Positions 48,018-56,430 of a DNA stretch of 64,000 nucleotides are shown piece by piece. A program made the position numbers and the translations under genes. Source of the DNA: a virus. How positions within the stretch are numbered: the stretch's first letter is position 1; each line of letters starts with the position of its first letter. A model generated the notes under the pieces. That model was not told the DNA's origin. It did not search any database and saw only the letters and a list, made by a program, of their open reading frames with translations. The stretch lies in IMG/VR virus record IMGVR_UViG_3300036791_000462, positions 1 to 64,000 of that record, one strand, 5' to 3'.

Positions 48018-48749
48018 CTAGCCTGCAGCGGCTCCAGTATCGCCCCCACTTCCTCCGGTCCTTTCATCGTCGGACTGCAAGTCACGCGGAACCCCGAAGT
48101 CGGCAGCCAGTTGCGGGTCGATGGGAGGTGCCCCTTGATCCCACCCCGGCGGCGGTGTCCACGTTTGCTTGCCCGCACCCTTGCGATAGCGCAGCGGTTC
48201 CGGGGAGCCCGCCTCGAACGGCACGTCGATTCGCATCCCGGCGTCACGAATCTGCGTTTCGGTCATCCCCCCGGCCGGTAGCTCACTGGCCTGCGGGGGG
48301 TTCGGCAGGTCGCTGCTTGAGTCCGCTTCGCTCAACTGGTTCAAGTCCTGCAGCCACTGCGGGTCGTCGCCCGCGAAGTCCTCGTCCACCGGTCCTTCGG
48401 GCTCGGCGACGCCCTGCACCGGCTCGGTCAGACGGTGCCTGCCGCCGACCATCCCGGCGATCTCCTCGGCGCTGGACGGCCACAGGTCATCCTGCGCCTG
48501 GGGGTTGGTCATCCACCCGTTGTCGTTCTCAGAGAACGTGTCGCCGTCACCCGGTCCTGTCTGGCGGTACGGTGTCGTCCCGTCACGCAGCCAGTAGGTG
48601 TAGTCGCCGCCTTCGTAGTCCGATCTTGGTGGTCCCGGCAGCGGGCGTTGCGGCAGTGTTTGCGACGGGTCCGTTTCGCGGTTGACCGTCCCGCCTGGAT
48701 CGACTGGTGCGAGCGGGTCGCGGGCCTCGTCCAACTCGTCGGCCATCAC
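48018..48749 (-). CDS. Acidic Pro/Asp-rich protein coupled to the polyvalent gene
   Basis: 243 aa, GTGA overlap, LDEA and LSEA motifs. Confidence 0.6.
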   Translation of the reverse strand: MMADELDEARDPLAPVDPGGTVNRETDPSQTLPQRPLPGPPRSDYEGGDYTYWLRDGTTPYRQTGPGDGDTFSENDNGWMTNPQAQDDLWPSSAEEIAGMVGGRHRLTEPVQGVAEPEGPVDEDFAGDDPQWLQDLNQLSEADSSSDLPNPPQASELPAGGMTETQIRDAGMRIDVPFEAGSPEPLRYRKGAGKQTWTPPPGWDQGAPPIDPQLAADFGVPRDLQSDDERTGGSGGDTGAAAG

Positions 48750-51604
48750 GCCACCCTCGGGCGCAGCACCCCGGTGAGCCGATTGCCCCGACGGGCGCGG
48801 TTACCTGTTGGTTCCTGGGTGCCTGCCAGGATCGCGTTGGTGCGCGCGGTCAGGCCCTTCAGTTCTCTGGCGGCAGCGCGCTGCTCGTCGCGGGTGCCGA
48901 GAATCACCTCGTGCGGGTCCGCGACGAGCCCGCCGTGCTGGGACACGCCCCACGCCCGGTCGTAGTACGGCTTCGCGGCTTTCTGCAGGTCCGCGACAAC
49001 CTGTTTCTCGGCCGGTGTCGGCTCGCGTTTCTGCTGTTTGGCAAGCTCCTCGACCTGGCGTTCCAACTCGTAGTAGTGGTGGCCCGGCCCGATCTCCTTC
49101 GTCCACCACAGCGGGTTGGTGTTGACCTGAAGCTCGGTCGTCAGCCCACCGGCGGACTCGGGTGCGCGCAGGATCAGGGTCGTGTCGCCGTACCCGTTCT
49201 CCGTCGAGCGGTTCGACCCGTTCGCGTCCACCAGACGGCGTTTCATCCGCTCCACCGTCCAGCCCTTCGCAGCGACCTGCTGGCGGATCGTCGCGAGCGT
49301 GTGTTCGAGATCCTGCGCGGTCGGGACGGTCACCGTCGCACGAACCGCGTCGTGCAGGTCAGAGAAGTCGTTCGCGTGACCCAGCGACGCCTGCTTCGCA
49401 ATCGCTCGCTTCAGGCTCTTGATCGGCGCGACGATCAGGTGCGGCTGGTCCATGTTGTGCTGGATGTCCTGCCCGGTCTGCTGGAAGCTCTTGCCCTGCG
49501 AAATGTCGTGCTTGGTCCCGCCAAGCTGGTCGATCACGCCGGTGCCGATGTCGAGGATCTGCTGCAACGCCGGAAGCGTTTTCGACTCGCCTCGCGCGAG
49601 AAGCTCCTGCGGGTCGCTGACCGGCTGTTTCTTCTTCTCCCCGTCGCCGGTGATCCCGAACTGGTCGCGCATCGACTGAAACTCCTTCGAGACGTTGCGG
49701 CCCACACGACGCTCGACCTCGGGGTTCGTTCGGGTCGTCTGCCCGCCCGTTTTCCAGACGCCGCGCTTCGGGCCTGCCACGTCACGCACGCCAGGTAGCT
49801 GCTCGTGCGCCTTGGCGAGCACCTGCGCGTACGCGCGGTCGGCAGGGATCGCGTAGTCCGAACCGTCGAGCTTCTTGTCCTCCGCGCCCGACGGGAAGCT
49901 GATCTTGCCGTCCGGCAGCGCTTGGGCTACGAGCCTCGGTGGGTTCGGTCGGCCGGACGCTTCGTCCAACCCCTGGTTGGTGTCGTACACGTGGACTCGC
50001 GCGCCCATCTGCGCCGCCTTGTCCATCACGCCGGGGATCGTCGCGGACACGTCGCGGTGGACCGCGCGCATGATCACGTCGGGGATCATGCGACCGCCCG
50101 CCTCGGCGTTCGCACGCGCCTTCTCGGCACGGTCCTTCGCGCGGCTGATCGCGTCGTTCGTCGGCGTGCTGACGTAGGAGATGCGCGGGTTGACGTACCC
50201 CGCGTCGGTGAACGACTTGACGCGCTTGGCGACCTCGTCGGCGTTCGTGTTCGTGATCCCGTCCACGATCACGTTCAGCTTGCGCTTCTGCGCCTCCGCC
50301 ATCACGTGCTGCGCGATGTCCCACGCCTCGGCGTACACCCGCAGGTTCGCCTCCGGGTCATCCGCCGAGCTTGCCTGAAACTCGGGTAGCTCCGCCTTGA
50401 TCAGGTCCGGGTCGAGGAGCAGCGCGTTCTGAGGCAGCGCATCCGGGTCGTCAGGGTGCTTCTGGCTGAGCATGTGCAACAGCCCGCCCTTCCCGGCCGC
50501 GTACCCACCGCCGGTGAACATCACGGTCGGCTTGCCGGACGGCGCTTTCAGATACGAGTTCGTTTTGCTGAGCCCCCGGTCGTTGCCCTTCGCGTCCAGG
50601 TTGTGCTCGCGCAGCATCATGTCGATGATCCGCGCGTGCAGCTTCGCGCGGGACTGGTCCCACGTGCCGTCCGGGTTGCGGTACATCTCAGCGGTCGTCG
50701 GCCTGGTGGTCGCATCCTCCGCGTACGCCAACAGCGTTTTCTGGGACACGCGGCCCGCATCGTTGAAGTGAACCTCCGCTTGGCTCAGATCATGCTCACC
50801 GCGAACCTGCCCAGCGGCCGGGGTTGAGCGTGACAGCCCGACGCGACGCACCCGGCGGCCGATCCGCTTCTCCAGCGACTTGGTGCGCCGTTCGTACAGC
50901 GCCGACTGGCCGTGCGCGAGCGTCTGCTTACGGTCGTGGATCGCGTTGGTGTGCGCCTGCTCCTTCGCGAAGTGCTCCGCCGCCGCCGCGTGGTCACCAC
51001 GTTTCGCTGCCGCGTTGCCCGCCTTGCGTTCCTGGGTCGCGAGCCGCTCCAGGCGCTGGCGTCCAGCGAGGTGAACCTTCTGCGCGTCGGTGGCCTCCTG
51101 TTTGAACTGGCGCAGGCTCATCGCCTCCGGGAGCGTGCCGCCAGTCTGCACCGCCTTACCCGCAGGATGCGGTTCGGGGGTCGCGAACACGGGAAACTTC
51201 CCGCCTCTGACGCCAGCCCGGCGGCCCTTCAGCACCTTGATCTCGCCCGGCATCCGCTCCGTCGGTGGGCGCTGGATCGTTTTCAGACGCGGGCCTGAGT
51301 GAACCGCTTTCGCGATCCGGTTCTGCGGCACGACCTCGTGGGAGCGGAGCTTCGCGTCGGCAAACGCGCCGCCGAGCTTGTCGATCCACTTCCCGCCACG
51401 GCCGCGCGGGTGCAGCACCTCGGTCCAGTCAACCTCCTGCAGGCCGGTGAGCGCCAGGTCGAGCACGCCTGCCTGCTCCCACAGGTCAAGTTCGGTGTGC
51501 GACACCCAGCCGATCCGGTCCAGATCGTCGGTGGTGGCGAGCCCCCGGCGCAAGAACTCCTCTCGGAGGGTGGCGTTCTCGCGCGCAATGGTGGCAGCCT
51601 CCAT
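48746..51604 (-). CDS. Polyvalent protein: HPRGRGG tag, Zeta-toxin-like P-loop kinase, RelA/SpoT-like nucleotidyltransferase
   Basis: MFTGGGYAAGKG..LDPDLIKAELP..NVIVDGIT..RMIPDVIMRAVH; PIKSLKRAIAK..LHDAVRATV..NGYGD..TELQVNT..GHHYYE. Confidence 0.8.
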   Translation of the reverse strand: MEAATIARENATLREEFLRRGLATTDDLDRIGWVSHTELDLWEQAGVLDLALTGLQEVDWTEVLHPRGRGGKWIDKLGGAFADAKLRSHEVVPQNRIAKAVHSGPRLKTIQRPPTERMPGEIKVLKGRRAGVRGGKFPVFATPEPHPAGKAVQTGGTLPEAMSLRQFKQEATDAQKVHLAGRQRLERLATQERKAGNAAAKRGDHAAAAEHFAKEQAHTNAIHDRKQTLAHGQSALYERRTKSLEKRIGRRVRRVGLSRSTPAAGQVRGEHDLSQAEVHFNDAGRVSQKTLLAYAEDATTRPTTAEMYRNPDGTWDQSRAKLHARIIDMMLREHNLDAKGNDRGLSKTNSYLKAPSGKPTVMFTGGGYAAGKGGLLHMLSQKHPDDPDALPQNALLLDPDLIKAELPEFQASSADDPEANLRVYAEAWDIAQHVMAEAQKRKLNVIVDGITNTNADEVAKRVKSFTDAGYVNPRISYVSTPTNDAISRAKDRAEKARANAEAGGRMIPDVIMRAVHRDVSATIPGVMDKAAQMGARVHVYDTNQGLDEASGRPNPPRLVAQALPDGKISFPSGAEDKKLDGSDYAIPADRAYAQVLAKAHEQLPGVRDVAGPKRGVWKTGGQTTRTNPEVERRVGRNVSKEFQSMRDQFGITGDGEKKKQPVSDPQELLARGESKTLPALQQILDIGTGVIDQLGGTKHDISQGKSFQQTGQDIQHNMDQPHLIVAPIKSLKRAIAKQASLGHANDFSDLHDAVRATVTVPTAQDLEHTLATIRQQVAAKGWTVERMKRRLVDANGSNRSTENGYGDTTLILRAPESAGGLTTELQVNTNPLWWTKEIGPGHHYYELERQVEELAKQQKREPTPAEKQVVADLQKAAKPYYDRAWGVSQHGGLVADPHEVILGTRDEQRAAARELKGLTARTNAILAGTQEPTGNRARRGNRLTGVLRPRVA

Positions 51605-51641
51605 TTGGGCGGCAATGCTAACGCCGCTGCAGGCGGTTACC

Positions 51642-51905
51642 TCAGACGAACGGTGAGCGCTCCTGCGGGCGCGTCAACCGCCACCACTTCCGTGCCTGCT
51701 CCACTTTCTGTCTGATCGCGGGTCGCTGGTCCTCGTAGATGCAGTGGTCGCACACCGCTTCGAACTGCAGCAGCCGCTCTTTCGCGAACCGGCCGCAACA
51801 CCGGCAGCGACACTGGTGCAGCGCATGTCGTTGGCTGGCCTCGCGGCGGTCGTCGTCCACATCCTGCGGTGAGACGAACAGTCGCAGGCTGCTTCGGTCG
51901 GGCAT
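51642..51905 (-). CDS. Small Zn-finger protein
   Basis: CRCCGRF..CDHC. Confidence 0.5.
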   Translation of the reverse strand: MPDRSSLRLFVSPQDVDDDRREASQRHALHQCRCRCCGRFAKERLLQFEAVCDHCIYEDQRPAIRQKVEQARKWWRLTRPQERSPFV

Positions 51906-51914
51906 GCGCGGACT

Positions 51915-52148
51915 CTATCGTGCGCTTGCGACCCACTCTCGATAGAGGCTCATCACCTCATCCGGCGCGTAGCTGCGCGCGTCCAGGTCAAGCCACTCCA
52001 GGAACCGTAGTGCGCGGTCCTCCGAGGACTCGCCATCTTCGCCTTCCTCGAACACCGGTCCGAACGCGATCCCGGTCACGCTGTCGTACAGCACCGCGAC
52101 CTCGCGGGAGTCGCCCGTCTCAAACCCGATGATGATCCTGACGCTCAC
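51915..52148 (-). CDS. Hypothetical protein
   Basis: AVLYDSVTGIAFGPVF..DARSY. Confidence 0.6.
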   Translation of the reverse strand: MSVRIIIGFETGDSREVAVLYDSVTGIAFGPVFEEGEDGESSEDRALRFLEWLDLDARSYAPDEVMSLYREWVASAR

Positions 52149-52158
52149 GTTGATCCTG

Positions 52159-52200
52159 CGACCCCCAGGACTTGGTGGTCCACCGTTGTCCTGGGGGTCG
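52159..52200. terminator. GC-rich stem-loop, probable terminator
   Basis: 13-bp inverted repeat CGACCCCCAGGAC..GTCCTGGGGGTCG just after the 52214 stop. Confidence 0.65.
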
Positions 52201-52213
52201 GTAGGTCAGGCGA

Positions 52214-53965
52214 TCAGGTCGCCTGAATCCGGACGTGCATCGCCTTGCGGTTCAGCACGACGCGGACCTGGTGCCCGTTGCGGATCAGACGGCGCAGAAC
52301 GCCGCATGTCTGGCCCTTCCCATTCAGTTCGCGAATGAGAACCTCACATGAGGTCTTCGAGCCCTTCGAGTTGAGCCACAGCACGTTGCGATGACCCTTG
52401 CGCAGGTAGCTCACTCGCTCGCCAACGAGGCAGCGCAGCACCGGCGGCTTGCTACCAGTGGGGGCCACGTACGGAGGCGGCGTGTCAACGACAGGCATCG
52501 GGTAGACGCCCGGCATCGTCGGGGTCGTGACCGGCACGACAGTCGGCGCTGGGGTTGTCGCCCCGGTGCCTGAGCCCGTCCCTGAGCCCGTGCCCGTAGC
52601 GGGCGGGATGACCGGCAGCGGCGGGGTGCCAGCAGTGGCGTTCGTGAACGTCACCTCGGTCACACCAGCGCTGATCGTGGCTGTGATCGTCCCTGCGGAC
52701 AGGCTGTCCGAGACGAAGTCGGCCGATGGGTCAACCGCTTCGCCGATGACCGACAGTCCGGTCGTGGGCGTTTCGGTGATCGTCTCGGTCGCGCTGAGCG
52801 GGAACGAGCCCGCGATGGCGCAGAAGCCAGCCGGGACGCTCAGCGTCTGGCCGCCGATGGTGAACTTGAACACCTGGCCGACGGTGACGCCGGTACCCGC
52901 GTTCTTGCAGACCTTCAGCAGACCCGGTGCGGCCGGGACGTTGGTGTAGAACACGTCCGTCTCGCCGGACCCGAGCGTCACGCTGACGTTCCCGCCATTG
53001 AGGTCGGTCGAGCCTGGCACCGCGCGGTTGTCGGTCACGTTGATCGCGCTGACAGCCGTGCCTGGGACGGCGGTTTCGTGGATGTTCAGAACGGTCCCGC
53101 CTGGGTACGGAGTCGGGATCAGCACACAGCTACCTGGGAACGGTTCGGCAACGGCGGTGTACGTGTTGCCGCCGACCGTGAACGAGTAGATCGTCCCGTT
53201 CAGGCTGGACGCCCCCGCGATCTTGCAGATCTTCAGCCGCGAGGTTGAGTTGACGAACGTCTCGATGACTTCGTTGTTGACATCGGTGCCCTGCGGGACG
53301 TTGACCTCGGTCGTGTCAGCGGCGAGGTTGTCGGACAGCAGGTCGGTCGAGGGGATCGTGGAGACGGCCACCAGGTCGGTGTTGTTCGACCCGATCTCGT
53401 TGACCTGATCCGTTCCGGCTGGCACCCGGAACGAGTCCGAGCAAGCGCCGACCGGCACGCCCGAGACGACCTTGTCGAAGCCCATCGGCCCCTTGACCTC
53501 GAACGTGAACGTGCCCGTCAACCCGGAGCCCTGCGCTGCTGATTTGCAGATCTCCAGAGTGCCGAACATCTCTTTGTTCGTGTATTCGACCGTGGTCGCG
53601 GTCGAGATGTCGCCCGCCGCGACCGTGACCACATCCGTGCGTGTGCTCAGGTTCGAGGACACGAGGTCGGCCTGCGGGATCGTGTCGGTCGCCGTCTCAG
53701 CCGTGAAGGTGTTCGACGCCTCCACGACCGTGTGGTTGCCAGCAGGCACCTGCAGCGGTGCCGAACACTGCCCGGTGAGCACAACTACCTGGTGCCCATC
53801 GACCGTGAACGTGAACGGCCCCGTCACCGGCGCGGTGGAGTCTGAGTGCTTGCAGATCTCCAGGAATCCGGTTGGTACGGCGGTCGGTACGGACGCGCTC
53901 GCGAGCGCCGGTACGACCAGGGCGGCGACAGCGACAGCTACCGCCACCAGAATGACTTTCTTCAT
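52214..53965 (-). CDS. Secreted protein with four Cys-containing Ig/prealbumin-like repeats and a Pro/Thr linker
   Basis: Signal peptide ..ALASA; repeats GFLEICK, GTLEICK, SRLKICK, GLLKVCK. Confidence 0.75.
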   Translation of the reverse strand: MKKVILVAVAVAVAALVVPALASASVPTAVPTGFLEICKHSDSTAPVTGPFTFTVDGHQVVVLTGQCSAPLQVPAGNHTVVEASNTFTAETATDTIPQADLVSSNLSTRTDVVTVAAGDISTATTVEYTNKEMFGTLEICKSAAQGSGLTGTFTFEVKGPMGFDKVVSGVPVGACSDSFRVPAGTDQVNEIGSNNTDLVAVSTIPSTDLLSDNLAADTTEVNVPQGTDVNNEVIETFVNSTSRLKICKIAGASSLNGTIYSFTVGGNTYTAVAEPFPGSCVLIPTPYPGGTVLNIHETAVPGTAVSAINVTDNRAVPGSTDLNGGNVSVTLGSGETDVFYTNVPAAPGLLKVCKNAGTGVTVGQVFKFTIGGQTLSVPAGFCAIAGSFPLSATETITETPTTGLSVIGEAVDPSADFVSDSLSAGTITATISAGVTEVTFTNATAGTPPLPVIPPATGTGSGTGSGTGATTPAPTVVPVTTPTMPGVYPMPVVDTPPPYVAPTGSKPPVLRCLVGERVSYLRKGHRNVLWLNSKGSKTSCEVLIRELNGKGQTCGVLRRLIRNGHQVRVVLNRKAMHVRIQAT

Positions 53966-54310
53966 GCGAAGAACTCTCCCGTCACAAGATTTACAGAGAA
54001 ACAGTTGATCCGTTGTGTCTCGTTTCTGCTAATTGCCCCCTCCCGAGCCCAGCGTCTGCGCAGCGGTTAGCTGCTCCACTTACACAGACAGTGGACTTAG
54101 ATCAGCTTTACCAGGTGCCACGGTGCCATCGCGGCGGGGGGATCTTACTCCCTGTGACGAACCCAACCAGGGTTTTTCTGGTGATCGTCTGTGGTCACCT
54201 CTCGCGCTCCCGATAGCCGCAGCCGCAGCACACGCGGTAGATCCGCCACGGCAGCCAGCCACGCACCCGAATGAAGTTGTGCCCCAACTCGCCCCACTTC
54301 GGACAGACGC

Positions 54311-54514
54311 TCATGGCGGCGTGCGGTTCGCGTCGGGGTGAGCGGCAAGCCAGTTCCGGTGAAGTTCTGGCGTAAGCCTTGGATCGGGTTCCTTCGTCGC
54401 CCACAGGCGACCCCGATGCGCGTTCCCTCGCGGCGTATGACAGCGCTCGCCGACGCCTGCGCCGCAACTAGGACAGCCAATCGCAAGCGCATACCGTTCT
54501 GCCTGCTCGCTCAA
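54311..54514 (-). CDS. Small Zn-finger protein
   Basis: CPSCGAGVGERCHT..H. Confidence 0.5.
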   Translation of the reverse strand: MSEQAERYALAIGCPSCGAGVGERCHTPRGNAHRGRLWATKEPDPRLTPELHRNWLAAHPDANRTPP

Positions 54515-54515
54515 A

Positions 54516-54713
54516 TCACCACAGCCCTTCGGCAGCCGTGCGGAGGTCGGCGATGAACTCCTCAACCTCGTCGCGCGAGTACAAGGCCGGTCCTTCGCTG
54601 TCGGCTGTCCCACCGTTCGCGCGGTACACGACCAGCACGCGGCGTTGGCGTTCGCGTGTCCCGTCGCCCCAGACCTGCTCGGCGATCACCCAGCCCTTGT
54701 CCTCGTCAACCAC
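54516..54713 (-). CDS. Hypothetical protein
   Basis: MVDEDKGW..; chained ORF. Confidence 0.5.
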   Translation of the reverse strand: MVDEDKGWVIAEQVWGDGTRERQRRVLVVYRANGGTADSEGPALYSRDEVEEFIADLRTAAEGLW

Positions 54714-54906
54714 CCTGTCCCCCGTTCGTGAGCGGGGCTCGCCCGAACAGGATGCAGATCGCCTCGGAGGCAAGCGTGTCGCAACCCGCCTCGCAGATCT
54801 CCCACGGCTCCGTGTGACCCAGCGCATCGTGCAGCCGCATCGACAGGCCCCAGTGGCGCTCAATCGGGATGTGCTCAAAGTCGAGCGTGCCGCCAGGCTC
54901 GGCCAT
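54706..54906 (-). CDS. Hypothetical protein
   Basis: MAEPGGTL..; TGATG overlap. Confidence 0.5.
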   Translation of the reverse strand: MAEPGGTLDFEHIPIERHWGLSMRLHDALGHTEPWEICEAGCDTLASEAICILFGRAPLTNGGQGG

Positions 54907-55157
54907 CAGTTCCACGGCGCGGCTCGGCGCATGTCGGCAAAGTGATCGTCGGGGGTGATCTCCGGGTGCATCCACTTCCAGATCTCCCAGCGCCCAAGAG
55001 CGAACACGAAGCCGATGCCGACGCCGACCGCGACCCCTTCCAGCGGCGTCACCGACACGAGCGTCAGGACGCCGAACACGACGGCGGCGCTGAGCAACGC
55101 GTTCGGCCAGTAGCGCGGTGTCCACGCCCGGCGGGTGCGACTGTAAAACCTACTCAT
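54906..55157 (-). CDS. Small two-TM membrane protein
   Basis: Two hydrophobic helices. Confidence 0.55.
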   Translation of the reverse strand: MSRFYSRTRRAWTPRYWPNALLSAAVVFGVLTLVSVTPLEGVAVGVGIGFVFALGRWEIWKWMHPEITPDDHFADMRRAAPWN

Positions 55158-55419
55158 CGCCCACGATCCCGCGTCGTCGGCATTCGCGTTCAAGCTCCGC
55201 CATCAGCGACCGTTCGGGCTCGATCCCACGCTTGAACTGGTGGCGGCGATCAAGCTCCTGGAGGATGTCCAGCAGGCAGTAGGCCTCGGCGTCGCTGAAC
55301 CCGTCCCAGCGCTTGCGGCGGTCGCGGCGACGCAGGCGGCGCGGCTGTCTCGGCACGTCGGACAGCGTGGCATCCATCTGCGGCATCCGGAAGACCGTGG
55401 TGTCGTCAGCGTCGGCCAT
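55150..55419 (-). CDS. Hypothetical protein
   Basis: Chained ORF. Confidence 0.5.
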   Translation of the reverse strand: MADADDTTVFRMPQMDATLSDVPRQPRRLRRRDRRKRWDGFSDAEAYCLLDILQELDRRHQFKRGIEPERSLMAELERECRRRGIVGDE

Positions 55420-55738
55420 ACGGCCCACCCGCGCGGTTGACCGCGTCGATCAGGTCCGGCATCGCGTTGAGAGCCGCCTGCCGGGAGATCGCCCGCATCC
55501 TGACCACGTCGCACGCGGCCTCCTCGATGTCGAGCAACTGCTCCAGCCGCTCTGTGCGCCAGCACGCCCTGAAACGCTCCCAGCGGGTTTTGGCCTGGTG
55601 GTAGCGACAGTAGGTGCCGCGCCCCGATTTCAGGATCGCGATGTGGTGGGTGCGGGTGCAACGGCCCACGTAATGCTTGCCCAGGCGCATGCGGCGGACA
55701 GCGGGGCGGGCTTCACCGCGAGAGCGGTCAGCCTTCAT
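55406..55738 (-). CDS. Hypothetical protein
   Basis: Chained ORF. Confidence 0.5.
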   Translation of the reverse strand: MKADRSRGEARPAVRRMRLGKHYVGRCTRTHHIAILKSGRGTYCRYHQAKTRWERFRACWRTERLEQLLDIEEAACDVVRMRAISRQAALNAMPDLIDAVNRAGGPYGRR

Positions 55739-55762
55739 CTCGGTCCATCACCCTAACCCCGC

Positions 55763-56056
55763 CTACCGGGTTCCTATCCCGGAATCGGCCTGCTGACCGG
55801 CCGATACCTTGAGCAATTCCAGCAACTCCATCGCGCGGTCGTGCGTGTTGTTGAAGTCCTCCTCGTCGCCGTCCGGCGTGACCCATTCTTTGTACTGGTG
55901 CTCAGCGTCGGCGTAGACGCCGTCGATCTGTTTGTGACCCGCGACCCAGCGCACAAACTGGTTCAGCCACACGGCCTCGGTTTTCAGCCGCTCGTTCTCG
56001 ACGGTCAACTGCTCGATCACGCGCTCGGCCGCTCGCATCGCTGGCGGTTGAGGCAT
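55763..56056 (-). CDS. Hypothetical protein
   Basis: 97-aa ORF. Confidence 0.55.
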   Translation of the reverse strand: MPQPPAMRAAERVIEQLTVENERLKTEAVWLNQFVRWVAGHKQIDGVYADAEHQYKEWVTPDGDEEDFNNTHDRAMELLELLKVSAGQQADSGIGTR

Positions 56057-56059
56057 CAG

Positions 56060-56230
56060 TCAGTCGGCCTGCTGCTCGGCCGATGTCTCTGAGGTCTTCG
56101 TGCGCTTGGCGTTAGCGCGACTGATCGCCACCTGCTCGCGCACACGCAGGTCGGGGTTGCCCTCGTTCGCGTCGGCGTAAGCGCCGGGACCGATCACCTC
56201 GTCGCAGACCTGCCGGGCGATGTCCCACAT
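56060..56230 (-). CDS. Small hypothetical protein
   Basis: MWDIARQV.. after CGACCGAGAGGAG. Confidence 0.55.
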   Translation of the reverse strand: MWDIARQVCDEVIGPGAYADANEGNPDLRVREQVAISRANAKRTKTSETSAEQQAD

Positions 56231-56235
56231 GTGAT

Positions 56236-56288
56236 CTCCTCTCGGTCGGGAACCGGTTTGGAGCATAACGCACGACGGGTGATAGAGT
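56236..56288. promoter_or_regulatory. Repeat element, copy 8, possibly bidirectional
   Basis: Palindrome at 56266-56284; minus-strand -10 TATGCT; plus-strand -10 TAGAGT. Confidence 0.7.
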
Positions 56289-56430
56289 CCCGCGCTTCCT
56301 TACCGGTCGTTTAGCCACCAACGAAAGGAGCCGCACCACACGACCAACTAGCTGAGCCCCCGGAACGTAAGCGAGTACGGGAACAGGCTCGGCGTGCTGA
56401 TCAGTGACCTCAGACCGTCAGGAGGAGTCT

